NCBI GenBank assembly: GCA_963727715.1
Contig: CAVSGX010000004.1
Span: forward strand, 8,455 to 72,454
Direction: 5' to 3'
DNA from: an uncultured bacterium
Lineage (GTDB): Bacteria; Patescibacteriota; Minisyncoccia; Phycocordibacterales; DATDWN01
Length of the DNA: 64,000 nucleotides
In this document: piece after piece, positions 8,279-18,746 of the stretch
How positions within the stretch are numbered: position 1 is the stretch's first letter
How the letters are laid out: the number at the start of each line of letters is the position of its first letter
Program-made: the position numbers and the translations under genes
The notes under the pieces: model-generated
Databases searched by the model: none
Told to the model about the DNA's origin: nothing
Seen by the model: the letters and a program-made list of their open reading frames with translations, nothing else

Positions 8279-10771
8279 TTATTCCCCATGGCAATGTTTG
8301 AACTTTTTACCGCTTCCGCACCAACACTTGTCATTCCTGCCAATTTTTTTACCATCCGGCGTGTTGCGACGAGTATCAACAACTTTGACCTCGCCCTGCC
8401 CCGCTAGAGTGCCGACCGGACCGCCGGCGTCTCGCGCTTCGGAAAGCTTGATTGGCTCCTCCAATCTAATCTGCTGTTGCCCGATTTGTGGAATGAGTTT
8501 GATAATTTCCAGCCCAATCGAAAACTCCATATCTTTGAAAAGTTTTAATCCTTCGCGTTTGTATTCCACCAACGGATCACGCTGGCCGTAAGCTCGCAGA
8601 TTAACCGAGGAGCGCATATAGTCCATCATCTCCAAGTGATCAATCCAGAACATATCAATGGTCGAGAGAATCAGTCGGCGGATATTTTGCAAGTATTCCG
8701 ATGATGCGCTTTCCAAAAGTTTTTCAACCGGCGCTCTTTCTTCATCGCTGACTGTCAGCAAAATTTCGGCCAGATAATTTTTGACTTCTTCATCTCCCCC
8801 GCGCAGAATGGCGTTGCGCCGAGCATACATTATTTTGCGCTGGAAATTCAAAACATCATCAAATTCCAAAATGTGTTTGCGGGCATCAAAGTTGAAACCT
8901 TCAATGCGTTCCTGGGCATTTTCCAAAGAGCGGGTAATCATTTTATTTTCAACTGGCTGATCATCACGAAGCCCCAGTTTGCTCAAAAGACCTTTAAAGT
9001 TTTCCCCGCCGAAAATTCGCATCAGATTGTCTTCTAGCGAAACGAAAAATTGCGTCTCGCCCGGATCGCCTTGGCGACCGCTACGGCCTCGCAGTTGGTT
9101 GTCTATGCGACGAGCATCGTGTCGTTCCGTGCCGAGCACAAAAAGCCCGCCAAGAGATTTGACCTTTTGATAATCCTGTTGGTTGCCCGGGTTGCCACCG
9201 AGTTTAACATCCACGCCTCGACCAGCCATGTTAGTGGCAATGGTTACTGCACTTGGTCTGCCAGCTTGAGCGATAATTTCTCCTTCTCGAGTGTGATTTT
9301 TGGCGTTCAAAATCTCATGGGGCACTCCTTCGGTCTTAAGATATTCGGAAAGTGTTTCGTTTTTTTCAATGGAAACCGTGCCGATCAGAACAGGCTGGCC
9401 GAGTTTGTGTCTTTCTTTGACTTCTTTGGCGATAGCCTTGAATTTACCAGCCTCTGTCTGAAAAATCAGATCATTTTTGTCTAATCGAATTGATTTTTGA
9501 TTTGTTGGAATAACTACCACTTCCAAACCGTAAACTTTGTAAAACTCCTCGCTGGATGTGACCGCTGTGCCGGTCATACCCGACAGTTTTTTGTAAAGTC
9601 TGAAATAATTTTGGAACGTTATTGAAGCGAAAGTTCGAGATTCCTTTTGGATTTTGACCCCTTCTTTGGCTTCAATGGCCTGATGCAGACCTTCCGACCA
9701 CCTTCGGCCGGGCTGAAGACGCCCGGTGAATTCATCCACGATAATCACTTCATTATCCTTGACCACGTATTCCTTGTCTTTGTGAAAAAGGGCTTCTGCC
9801 CGGACCGCCGTCTCCAAATGATGAACAAATTTGACTCCTTTTTCGGTGTAAATATTTTCTATCCCCAGAAGTTCCTCGGATCGGCTGATACCACTGTCGG
9901 TTAGAGAAATTGCTTTAAACTTCTCGTCCACTGTGTAATGCTCGTCTTTTTGGAGCTTGCTGGCGATTTGGGCAAAACGAATATAAAGCTCGTCGGAATC
10001 TCCAGCCGGCGCGGAAATAATAAGCGGAGTGCGGGCTTCATCAATCAAAATGGAATCAATTTCATCAACAATGGCATAATTAAACTCTCTTTGGCGCAAA
10101 CGAGCGACATCTTGTTCAATATTGTCTCGCAAATAATCAAAACCGAATTCATTATTGGTGCCGTAAGTGATATCGGCTTCATAGGCCTCGCGCCTAGTAG
10201 CTGGCCGCAAGAATTCGTTCACCACTTTGAAAGAACCAAGTTCATCGCGTTCTTTATCAAGCTCTCTGTGAGTCGGATCGTATAAAAATGATTCCTCATG
10301 GTTGATGACACCAACAGAAACACCAAGAAAATCATAAATTTGCCCCATCCACGTGGCATCTCTTTTAGACAAATAATCATTGACCGTGACAATGTGCACG
10401 CCGGCGCCGGATAAAGAATTAAGATAGGCCGGCAACGTGGCCACCAGCGTTTTTCCTTCACCAGTGCGCATCTCGGCTATGTTACCCTGATGCAAAACTA
10501 TGCCTCCCAAAAGCTGGACATCGAAATGTCTCTGTCCCAAAGTGCGCACAGAGGCCTCACGGACAACAGAAAAAGCTTCCGGCAAAATATCATCAAGAGA
10601 TTGGCCATCCTTAATTTTAGCCTTAAATTCTAGGGTTTTGGCCCGAAGAGCCTCGTCGGGTAGCGATTTAATCCCCGGCTCAAGCTGGTTGATTTTCTCC
10701 ACGACAGGCTTCAAATCTTTCAGCATTTTGCCCGATCTGTCACCCCCTAATTTATTCAAAAATGACAACAC
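8279..10771 (-). CDS. secA: Preprotein translocase ATPase SecA
   Basis: 830 aa; DEAD-like motor domains; C-terminal zinc-binding tail KCWCGSGKKFKHCHGE is diagnostic for SecA. Confidence 0.95.
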   Translation of the reverse strand: MLSFLNKLGGDRSGKMLKDLKPVVEKINQLEPGIKSLPDEALRAKTLEFKAKIKDGQSLDDILPEAFSVVREASVRTLGQRHFDVQLLGGIVLHQGNIAEMRTGEGKTLVATLPAYLNSLSGAGVHIVTVNDYLSKRDATWMGQIYDFLGVSVGVINHEESFLYDPTHRELDKERDELGSFKVVNEFLRPATRREAYEADITYGTNNEFGFDYLRDNIEQDVARLRQREFNYAIVDEIDSILIDEARTPLIISAPAGDSDELYIRFAQIASKLQKDEHYTVDEKFKAISLTDSGISRSEELLGIENIYTEKGVKFVHHLETAVRAEALFHKDKEYVVKDNEVIIVDEFTGRLQPGRRWSEGLHQAIEAKEGVKIQKESRTFASITFQNYFRLYKKLSGMTGTAVTSSEEFYKVYGLEVVVIPTNQKSIRLDKNDLIFQTEAGKFKAIAKEVKERHKLGQPVLIGTVSIEKNETLSEYLKTEGVPHEILNAKNHTREGEIIAQAGRPSAVTIATNMAGRGVDVKLGGNPGNQQDYQKVKSLGGLFVLGTERHDARRIDNQLRGRSGRQGDPGETQFFVSLEDNLMRIFGGENFKGLLSKLGLRDDQPVENKMITRSLENAQERIEGFNFDARKHILEFDDVLNFQRKIMYARRNAILRGGDEEVKNYLAEILLTVSDEERAPVEKLLESASSEYLQNIRRLILSTIDMFWIDHLEMMDYMRSSVNLRAYGQRDPLVEYKREGLKLFKDMEFSIGLEIIKLIPQIGQQQIRLEEPIKLSEARDAGGPVGTLAGQGEVKVVDTRRNTPDGKKIGRNDKCWCGSGKKFKHCHGE

Positions 10772-11387
10772 AACCGGTTAATGGTAACACAAAATTGATA
10801 CTTTCTCAAATTTTTAAATCACTAACAAAAATCCGCACCGGATTATCGGAGCGGGTTCTTGTAAGTAGGAAAGAAAAGAGCGATTATGCTCGTTTCTTCT
10901 TTGCAGCTTTTTTCTTCTTTGCCATAAAAGTGTATTTGAAACCAACCGGCTAGCCAATTGATTCCAGAAAAAAATTAATTTTTTTAAAGTTCGCAACGAA
11001 AATATTTTTTCGTTGTTCCGACCTGTCATAATTATAGTACAGAAAAAAATAAAAAAATATTTTTTTCAGACAAAAGTGTGGATAACTATTTTTCGAAAAA
11101 ATATTTGCAAAACAAATTTTCAAAAAGTATTTTCTAGAGCACGAATATTTTTCTGCTGAAAAATTTCTCTCGCTCGCCACTCAAGAAAACAATCGTCCTC
11201 GATGACGGGACTTCCGGCGAACTCCTCGCTTCGCTCGTCAAACACCGCCTTCACCCTCTCCCATCTCGTCGTTGTTTTCTAAGTGGCTCCGCAGTCTCCA
11301 AAAAACACTTTTTGAAAATTTTTTTTGTGACATATTCTTGTCTCAGCGGGATTGGAAAAACAAAAAAACACCGCGTGGTGTTTTTTG

Positions 11388-11468
11388 TCCCGCCGATGAG
11401 CGGCGGGCGGAGACGAACCTCCAACAAATGTCATTTTGTGAGTGTTATCCGCCTGCCACTCATCAGTA
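11388..11468. other. Long imperfect stem-loop (about 20-bp stem, about 35-nt loop) in a 930-bp noncoding region
   Basis: ccgATGAGcGGCgGGCGGAgacg...cgTCCGCCtGCCaCTCATcag; the arms are reverse complements with two mismatches. Confidence 0.4.
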
Positions 11469-11524
11469 AGACAAATAAAGCATAGCAAATTGGCCAAAAT
11501 CAGGCAACCCACCAATTTACATAA

Positions 11525-11555
11525 ACCACAAAGCCCGCCGTGAGGCGGGCTTTGT
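11525..11555 (-). terminator. Perfect 13-bp hairpin with GTGA (GNRA) loop; candidate terminator for the 11700..13901 gene
   Basis: cacaaagcccgcc GTGA ggcgggctttgtg; on the minus strand it is followed by GTTTATGTAAATT. Confidence 0.4.
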
Positions 11556-11699
11556 GTGACATTCGTTGAGAGGTTGTGCCTTATTGCCGAAGCAATCCTG
11601 CATTCCACTCACCCCCACAGTATACTACAATTCGACAAATAAAGCAAATCAGAAAAAGTTGTTTGTTTTAGCCGTTTTTCAGCATAGGATATCCACAGA

Positions 11700-13901
11700 T
11701 TATTGATTCTCTATCTGCTGAATGTATTGTTCCCCTTGTGTTTTGAAATCAGGTTGTTGAGTTATTATTTGGTTTATGAGGTCAATAGCCTTCTGTTTCT
11801 GTCCTATCTGCAAATAAGCTGAGGCCAAAGACAATTTGTATTGCAAGTTGGTTGGATCACTTTGCAAACGAGTGGACAAAATGGAAATGACATCTTGATA
11901 ATCATGGACTGCGGCATAAGTTTCCAAAAATCTGTTGTCGGAAATAATGACTTTCGGATCAATTTTTGATTCCATTTCTTTCAAAACATCCGGCTTTTTA
12001 TCATAAATCGCGCCAACAGCATAAATTATCTTTCCATCGGGAGAATCGGGGGCCAAATCGTAACCAGTCTGGAAAGCTTGAAAACCAGAATCATAATCCC
12101 CGGCCCCGATATAAGCCTGACCAAGAGCAAAGTATATGGAAGGTTTGTTTGGTGATTCAGCAGCAGCTCGTTTCAGATAAATCAGGGCTGTACTATATTG
12201 TCCGAAATTTCCGTAAAACTCGCCGGCAAAAAGCAAATAACGAGCATCATGCGGAGTGTTGGCAATTTTAATTTTAATCTGCTCCGCCCCAAGATTGTAG
12301 AATTGCTGTTTCAAATCGCTCGGCACTTGCTGGGAAGATTCAACTTGAGCAGAAAAAGAGACCATCTGTTCCAGAGCTTCGCTTGTGCCAAAAGAATTGT
12401 AACTGAAAACTTTTTTAAAATTCTGCAAATTGTTTGAGAGATCAGTAAGAGATTTTGGCGGAGTGATAGCCGAGATAAGAGTGACATTAGCCAAAATAGC
12501 TGGAACATTTATAAAATAGATTCCAGCCACGACCAAAATGGTGATAAGCGGAGCAAAAATATAGTTTTCACTGTCTTTGGAAAAAGTTTTGCTGTAAAAC
12601 TGGCCGGATGGTTTTTCATCGGCTGTGCTTCTGGTATGGACATAACCCAAAATAGAAAAGAACAAAATGTAACTTATGAGGTTGTCAAAGACGAAGAGAT
12701 TATGAAATACATAAGCGGCAATCATCCCGGTCAGAAGACTTTTTTCCGTCACAGACATCTTGCTCCCCCTTCTCCATATATAATAGAGTAGAGCGACATA
12801 CATTGAGGCATAAGCCAGAAAACCGACAATGCCTCCGGCTATGAGCCAATCCAAAACTATGTCGTGAGTGCGGTCAAACCACTGCTCCTGATTCCACATC
12901 CGCGTATCGTAATATTTGTTAAAGACAAAATTGAAACTTTCCTGCCCCCAGCCGAAAATCGGTCGTTCAATGACGCCTTTGACGGCCATAGGCCAAACAT
13001 AATAACGGCCCTGACTTTGAAGTTCCCCCAGACCCATTGAGGCAAAACGCGACAGAACCGGACTTTTCTGGACGAAAGAAACATTGCGAAGACTGATAAA
13101 ACTGACAATCAAAATGACAATGCCGATAAGCACGCCGTAAGCGGTTTTGCGCAAAGTTTTATTTTCTTTTTCTTTCCAAGCAACAATGATGGAAGCCAAA
13201 ACGAGACCGCCGATAAGGCCAAGAATCGCTCCCCTGGTGGCTGTGAAATACAGAATCCACGCTTCAAACAAAACCACCAAACCATAAATCCATTTTTGCC
13301 ATTTTTTGGTATCTTCTCGGAAGAAAAAATAAAGTGACAGGAAAATATTGAAAACCAGATAAATGGCCAGATAGGAAGCATTGCCAAGTGTGGCATCAAG
13401 TCTGACACCGCCTTGGTTGATTGTCAGCAAACCCAGAAGTTGCAAAGTCCCGTAAATAGACATCAGGACACTGGCCCCGATAGAGATGTTGAAAAATTGA
13501 TACCACCTTTTGGCGCTTTGAAAAACTCCGGTAGCCACAATGTAATAAAGAACAAGATGAAAAATCAAAACAAAACCTTCCATTCTTTCGTAGTTGCTCC
13601 ACAAACTTTTGTAAACATTGGCGGAAAGCAGATCGGCCACAAGCATTGCTCCGGCAAAAATAAGGATTGATTTGGTGATCCAGGACATTTTCGGTCGATA
13701 TTCGGGCGATATGACGCACAACATGGCATAAAGCCCGAACAAAATTTCAACTAAGATGCGAAAAACAAAACCTTTGCCGGAAATAAATGGGAAAAACATA
13801 TTGACTGGAACAAAAAAAGCGATGAACGGAACAAGAAACAGGCCGATTGTTGTGGCCCACAAAAGTGCGTTTTTGGTTTTCATATGGAAAGAGTATAGCA
13901 A
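11700..13901 (-). CDS. O-antigen ligase/polymerase-like (Wzy_C-type) polytopic membrane protein with C-terminal TPR repeats
   Basis: 733 aa; about 12 predicted TM helices in the N-terminal 450 aa, then a soluble C-terminal region with TPR-like repeats (..YFALGQAYIGAGDYDSGFQAF.., ..LASAYLQIGQKQKAIDL..). Confidence 0.55.
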   Translation of the reverse strand: MLYSFHMKTKNALLWATTIGLFLVPFIAFFVPVNMFFPFISGKGFVFRILVEILFGLYAMLCVISPEYRPKMSWITKSILIFAGAMLVADLLSANVYKSLWSNYERMEGFVLIFHLVLYYIVATGVFQSAKRWYQFFNISIGASVLMSIYGTLQLLGLLTINQGGVRLDATLGNASYLAIYLVFNIFLSLYFFFREDTKKWQKWIYGLVVLFEAWILYFTATRGAILGLIGGLVLASIIVAWKEKENKTLRKTAYGVLIGIVILIVSFISLRNVSFVQKSPVLSRFASMGLGELQSQGRYYVWPMAVKGVIERPIFGWGQESFNFVFNKYYDTRMWNQEQWFDRTHDIVLDWLIAGGIVGFLAYASMYVALLYYIWRRGSKMSVTEKSLLTGMIAAYVFHNLFVFDNLISYILFFSILGYVHTRSTADEKPSGQFYSKTFSKDSENYIFAPLITILVVAGIYFINVPAILANVTLISAITPPKSLTDLSNNLQNFKKVFSYNSFGTSEALEQMVSFSAQVESSQQVPSDLKQQFYNLGAEQIKIKIANTPHDARYLLFAGEFYGNFGQYSTALIYLKRAAAESPNKPSIYFALGQAYIGAGDYDSGFQAFQTGYDLAPDSPDGKIIYAVGAIYDKKPDVLKEMESKIDPKVIISDNRFLETYAAVHDYQDVISILSTRLQSDPTNLQYKLSLASAYLQIGQKQKAIDLINQIITQQPDFKTQGEQYIQQIENQ

Positions 13902-13945
13902 ATAGATTTTCTAAGCGCTAGCAATAAGGCTTATAATAAAGTAAT

Positions 13946-15223
13946 ATGGAACCTATGAATAAATTGAAAGAGAAAGGAATCAGTTGGCTAAAGTGGTTGG
14001 AGAAATACACCAAAACCGATATGCTTTACCTGGCCAGAGGCGGTTTTTGGGGTCTAATAAGCCAAATAAGCCTCGTAATTATGACTTTTGGCCTAGCTAT
14101 AGCCTTTGCCCATCTAGTGCCAAAAGAGGTCTATGGTCAATATAAATACATTCTTTCCATCATCAGCTTACTTGGCACATTGACTTTGACCGGACTTGGC
14201 ACAGCCACATTGCAATCAATCAGCCGTGGCTATGAAGGGGCTCTTTCCTACGCTTTTTGGAAAAATATAAAATGGAGCGTATTATTTTTTCTCGGCGCCG
14301 GATTGATATCGGTTTACTATTTTATCCACGGCAATTTCACTTTGGCCGTCTCTATGCTCATTGCCGGATGTCTCTGGCCATTTTTTAACAGCACTAATTT
14401 TTATTCTTCCCTCCTGATAGCTAAAAAAGATTTTCGTCGGATAACTATTTATTTTGATATCATCGGCAACTTTGTTCCATATATTTGTTTATTCGTCACA
14501 ATGTTTTTGACCAAAAATCCTGTTTTCTTTGTGGCGGTTTATATTATCTCAAATACACTTATTGGTATCATATTATATAGACGTATCATTTCAATCTACA
14601 AACCGAACAACAAAGTTGACCCTGAGATGCTTACTTACAGCAAACATTTGAGTTTGATTGGAATATTGTCAGGTCTTTCCGATAATTTGGATCAGATACT
14701 GGTTTTCCATTATGTCGGCGCAGCCGAGCTGGCCGTCTACAATTTCGCCACGGCCATTCCGGACCAGATTAAAGGCCCGGTAAAAAATTTGGGTAATATG
14801 ATTTTCCCAAAATTCGCCGAGCGTGAAGACAAAGAGATAAAATCTGGGATGGGATTAAAAATGTTGATATTGCTGGCCGTTTGCCTCATTATGACTGTCG
14901 GGTATATTGCGTTGGCTCCGTATATATTCAAAATATTTTTCCCAAAATATCTTGATTCGGTTTTTTATTCGCAGATTTTCAGTCTTTCCTTGATTTCTTA
15001 CATAGCCATACCGGCGAACACATATCTAGTTGCCAAAAAAAAGATTCGAGAGCAATATATCACAAATGTCACAATGTCCATTTTTCAGATAATTATTCTT
15101 TTTGTGTCAGTGGTGGTTTGGGGGCTTATTGGTCTTGTAGTGGCCAGAGTGTTGGTCCGCACCCTTTCGGCCGTTATCAGCATTGTATTTTATAATGTTT
15201 CCATAAAAAGGGTTGGGACATAA
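13946..15223 (+). CDS. Polysaccharide biosynthesis flippase (MOP/Wzx-like oligosaccharide translocase)
   Basis: 425 aa; 12-14 TM helices; architecture and position at the head of the glycan cluster. Confidence 0.55.
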   Translation: MEPMNKLKEKGISWLKWLEKYTKTDMLYLARGGFWGLISQISLVIMTFGLAIAFAHLVPKEVYGQYKYILSIISLLGTLTLTGLGTATLQSISRGYEGALSYAFWKNIKWSVLFFLGAGLISVYYFIHGNFTLAVSMLIAGCLWPFFNSTNFYSSLLIAKKDFRRITIYFDIIGNFVPYICLFVTMFLTKNPVFFVAVYIISNTLIGIILYRRIISIYKPNNKVDPEMLTYSKHLSLIGILSGLSDNLDQILVFHYVGAAELAVYNFATAIPDQIKGPVKNLGNMIFPKFAEREDKEIKSGMGLKMLILLAVCLIMTVGYIALAPYIFKIFFPKYLDSVFYSQIFSLSLISYIAIPANTYLVAKKKIREQYITNVTMSIFQIIILFVSVVVWGLIGLVVARVLVRTLSAVISIVFYNVSIKRVGT

Positions 15224-15229
15224 AACATT

Positions 15230-15841
15230 ATGATTAAAGCTGTTTTATTCGATCTTGACGGAGTATTGGTTAATATGCCAGATGGGCACTATGAAGCTCT
15301 TAATAAAGCCCTGTCTCTTTTTGGCGCACGCATAGAAAGGGAGGAACATGACAATCATTTCAACGGATTGCCGACAAGAAAAAAGTTGGAGTTGTTGGAA
15401 AGGGAAAAAAGATTACCACCAGGATTGTCTGAATTTATAAATTCAATCAAACAAAAATATACCAAAGAAATTATACCGAAATATTGCACTCCTGATTATT
15501 CAAAAATCATCATGCTTGAACATTTGAAAAGCAGAGATTTGAAACTTGCTTGTTGTTCAAATTCAATAAAAGAAACACTAAATTTAATGCTCCAGTCCGC
15601 CAATATTTTTGACTTCTTCGATTTGATTATGGGCAACGATGAGGTTGTAAATCCAAAACCCCATCCGGAAATATATTTGAGAGCCTTTGAAGAATTGAGA
15701 GTTAAACCGCTCGAATGCATAATTGTGGAAGACGCTCCTCATGGCATCGCCGCGGCAAAGGCCTCCGGAGCCCGGGTCATAGAAGTCCGCGGAGTTGAAG
15801 ATGTGAACTTCTCTTTATTTGAGGGTATAATTTTTGATTAA
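15230..15841 (+). CDS. HAD-superfamily hydrolase (beta-phosphoglucomutase-like subfamily)
   Basis: MIKAVLFDLDGVLV motif I (DxDGxL), motif IV EDAPHGIAAAKASG. Confidence 0.8.
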   Translation: MIKAVLFDLDGVLVNMPDGHYEALNKALSLFGARIEREEHDNHFNGLPTRKKLELLEREKRLPPGLSEFINSIKQKYTKEIIPKYCTPDYSKIIMLEHLKSRDLKLACCSNSIKETLNLMLQSANIFDFFDLIMGNDEVVNPKPHPEIYLRAFEELRVKPLECIIVEDAPHGIAAAKASGARVIEVRGVEDVNFSLFEGIIFD

Positions 15842-16162
15842 ATGAAAATACAACGTTTGGAAAATTTCACTAAAGGATGGGTTGTCGGAGACTTTGACCC
15901 GTCAATCATCAAAACCAAAGATTTTGAGTTCATGGTTCGTTATTACAAAACTGGAGATACCGAGGCAAAACATGTCCATAAAATAGCTGAGGAAATTACT
16001 GTCATCGTTTCCGGAAAATTCAGAATGAATGATAAAATTGTCACGGCTGGAGATGCTGTTCATTTGATGCCTGGCGAAGCCACTGATTTTGAATGCATAG
16101 AAGACGGCTCAAACGCGGTTGTAAAAATCCCCTCGGTTCTAGGAGATAAATATATTGTTTAA
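15842..16162 (+). CDS. Small cupin-domain protein
   Basis: 106 aa; His/Glu-containing beta-barrel-like pattern (HVHKIAEEITVIVSGKF...GDAVHLMPGE). Confidence 0.45.
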   Translation: MKIQRLENFTKGWVVGDFDPSIIKTKDFEFMVRYYKTGDTEAKHVHKIAEEITVIVSGKFRMNDKIVTAGDAVHLMPGEATDFECIEDGSNAVVKIPSVLGDKYIV

Positions 16163-17002
16163 ATCTTTAACCAAATCGGGCCAATCTGTGCACACAGCAT
16201 CTGGTTTCAGATTGATTATTTCTTTTAATCGTTTGATTAAAATTTCCTTACTGCTGGCGTCTTGATGAGCTTCCCCCCCTAAAAGTCCAGGGGATGTGGC
16301 ATGAAGTTCTGGAGTAACCAGGGCGATTTTTATGTTATTTTTTCTTAACAAATCAAATGTCTGCTTTTCATAAAAAGTTTTTTCTCCTCCACCAAGCAGA
16401 GATTTATCCCATTCATCCAACCAAACCCAGTCGAACAAATTTTTATTTTTTATGGCTTCGTCCAAGGTTATGAGTGTTTTGCCCACCACTTGAGAATAAC
16501 GCTCAATATCGTAAACATGCGATACCGACGGAGCAAGATGAGTTTTTGGATTTTTTCTTTTCATGTAAGAGGCTGTTTTGACTGTAGCATCAAAAATAAT
16601 TAAACAGTCTAAATCAATTTTTTGAAGTTCGTGGGAAAGAAGATCCAAATATTCCGGGTTTTGCCAAAGATATTTCAAATGAAGAGCGGAAATTCGCGAC
16701 TCAAAAGACATTAATAAATTAAAAATTTTTGGTATTGTCATCAAGTGACAACCGGAAAAATCCATATTGAGAATTTCTTCGGCTGTTACTTCACTAATCA
16801 ATCTTTCATCTCTACCTTGAGTTATGCGTTTAAGATTTGAATCGTGAATAACAACCATTTGACGGTCTTTTGTAAATTGCAGATCAAATTCCAAGCCAAA
16901 TCCCCTACTAAGCTGATCGGTAAAGGCCTCTCTTGAACTTTCCGCGAAATAATGGTCGCGACCGCAGTCTATCCCACGATGGGTGATTATTTGCATATGC
17001 AA
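16139..17002 (-). CDS. Glycerophosphodiester phosphodiesterase family protein
   Basis: IITHRG...ESSREAF...GLEFDLQFTKDRQMVVIHD matches the GDPD catalytic pattern (HRG, E..D, HD). Confidence 0.7.
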   Translation of the reverse strand: MHMQIITHRGIDCGRDHYFAESSREAFTDQLSRGFGLEFDLQFTKDRQMVVIHDSNLKRITQGRDERLISEVTAEEILNMDFSGCHLMTIPKIFNLLMSFESRISALHLKYLWQNPEYLDLLSHELQKIDLDCLIIFDATVKTASYMKRKNPKTHLAPSVSHVYDIERYSQVVGKTLITLDEAIKNKNLFDWVWLDEWDKSLLGGGEKTFYEKQTFDLLRKNNIKIALVTPELHATSPGLLGGEAHQDASSKEILIKRLKEIINLKPDAVCTDWPDLVKDLNNIFIS

Positions 17003-17067
17003 ATAATATCACTTTAAAAATCACTTTAAAAATGCTAGGATTGCATATAACAAACTAATAAAAATCT

Positions 17068-17889
17068 ATGAAAAATAAAGGCAAAAAACAAGGAAATTTG
17101 TCAGCCAAAAAAATGACAAAAAGTGTTAAAGAAAAGGAAAAAACACTCAATATCGTCATCCCCATGGCCGGTAAGGGCTCGCGCTTTATAGAGGCCGGGT
17201 ATACTTTTCCTAAACCGCTTATATCCATAAAAAATAAAACTATGATTGAGGTGGTTATAAAAAACCTCAAACCAAAAATCAAACACCGTTTCATTTTCAT
17301 AGCCCAAAAAGAACACTGCGAAAAATACGATATATACAATGTCTTGAAAAAAACAACGGACAACAATTTTGAATTGATTCAAATAAATGGGGTGACCGAG
17401 GGCGCGGCATGCACAGTTTTATTGTCATCACAATACATAAACAACGACGACGATTTGCTTATCGCTAACTCAGATCAATATATAGACACAGACATAAACG
17501 ATTTTATAAAAAAATCCAGAAATCTGAAAATGGATGGAACGATTATGACCTTCGAAGCCAGCCATCCGAAGTGGAGTTACGCCAGAACGGATAATCTTGG
17601 TAGAATAATCGAGGTAGCCGAAAAAAAAGTCATTTCGCCCAATGCCACCGTGGGCATATATTATTTTTCAAAAGGTTCCAATTTCGTAAAAGCGGCATAG
17701 TCCATGATCCAAAAAAATATACGTCACAACAATGAATTCTATGTTTGTCCGGTATATAACGAGATGATTTTAATGGGGAAAAATTCTTATGTTTATAAAA
17801 TAGAACCGGAAGATATGCATGGGCTTGGCACACCGGAAGATCTTAACCTTTTTATGAAAAAACTGGACGAGGGAAAAGTTAAAATTTAA
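17068..17889 (+). pseudogene. Sugar-phosphate nucleotidyltransferase interrupted by a single in-frame TAG (17698-17700). The 17068..17700 part (210 aa) and the 17704..17889 part (61 aa) are in the same frame
   Basis: NIVIPMAGKGSRF is the NTP_transferase G-x-G-x-R motif. The 61-aa downstream ORF continues the fold in frame (..LGTPEDL..). Other plus-strand genes in the window end with TAA or TGA. Confidence 0.5.
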
Positions 17890-17904
17890 CCATTAATCCT
17901 AAAC

Positions 17905-18729
17905 ATGACCAAACTATATTACAATTTCAAAAAAATGTGCATTTTGGTATTTAAATGGACAGGTTTGAGTGTATTGCTCCGCTATATTTCCGATGTTTAT
18001 GAGGTGAAATGCAACGCCCCCAAAGCAAACTTTGATGAACTAAAGAAAGGGTGGTCAATAATAGTCATAACCGATGGACACAATAAAGATTGTCTTGATA
18101 AATTAATACAGACGGCCGGTTTAGAATTGAAGGATTCTCCTTATGAGATAATAATAGTTGGCCCGCCGAATTTAGATATAAATTCATACAAAAATTATAA
18201 TGTTATACATTTCCCTTACAGAGAATTGTTGCTGTGGGGAGTGCCCGGTTTTATAAGCAGAAAAAAGAATGCCGGGGCAAAATTGGCCAAATATGACAAA
18301 TTGGCGGTAAGTCATGATTATGTATCTTTTTTGCCGGGTTGGAAAAAAGGATTTGATCAGTTTGGAGATTTTACAGTCGGCACAAATATTGTTTTGAATC
18401 AAAATGGAAAAAGGCATAGAGATTGGATAACATTTGACTACCCCGGTATCGGACAAGCGATGATACCATATGATAAATCCTGCAACAAATATCAATATCT
18501 CAACGGAACATATTTTGTGGTCAAAAGAAATTTTTTTCTGGAAAATCCGATTGATGAAAAACATAGATGGGGTGAAGGAGAAGATGTCTGGTGGTCAATG
18601 AAAATCAGAGAGAAGACAAATTTTTCAATGAATACACTTAGTTCCGTGATATATTCAAAACTGAAACCAAACCCTTCTGAACGTTGGCAAAGAAATTCAG
18701 AAAAATTAAAATTGGAATTGGAGAAATAA
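17905..18729 (+). CDS. Hypothetical protein, possible GT-A fold glycosyltransferase
   Basis: 274 aa; RWGEGEDVWWSMK resembles the WGxEDxD motif of some GT-A families; weak. Confidence 0.4.
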   Translation: MTKLYYNFKKMCILVFKWTGLSVLLRYISDVYEVKCNAPKANFDELKKGWSIIVITDGHNKDCLDKLIQTAGLELKDSPYEIIIVGPPNLDINSYKNYNVIHFPYRELLLWGVPGFISRKKNAGAKLAKYDKLAVSHDYVSFLPGWKKGFDQFGDFTVGTNIVLNQNGKRHRDWITFDYPGIGQAMIPYDKSCNKYQYLNGTYFVVKRNFFLENPIDEKHRWGEGEDVWWSMKIREKTNFSMNTLSSVIYSKLKPNPSERWQRNSEKLKLELEK

Positions 18730-18746
18730 TTGATAAAAATATTCAA

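Noticed and set aside
8262-10461. Plus-strand ORFs inside secA (8262..8591, 8979..9170, 9050..9484, 9647..9904, 9938..10285) and minus-strand 10219..10461
   Set aside because: They are antisense or out-of-frame to a confidently identified, full-length secA.
11388-11468. Possible hammerhead ribozyme suggested by CUGAUGAG / GAUGAG ... CGAAcc strings
   Set aside because: The stem II / GAAAC core geometry does not fit. The two GAUGAG-containing arms are simply reverse complements forming one long hairpin.
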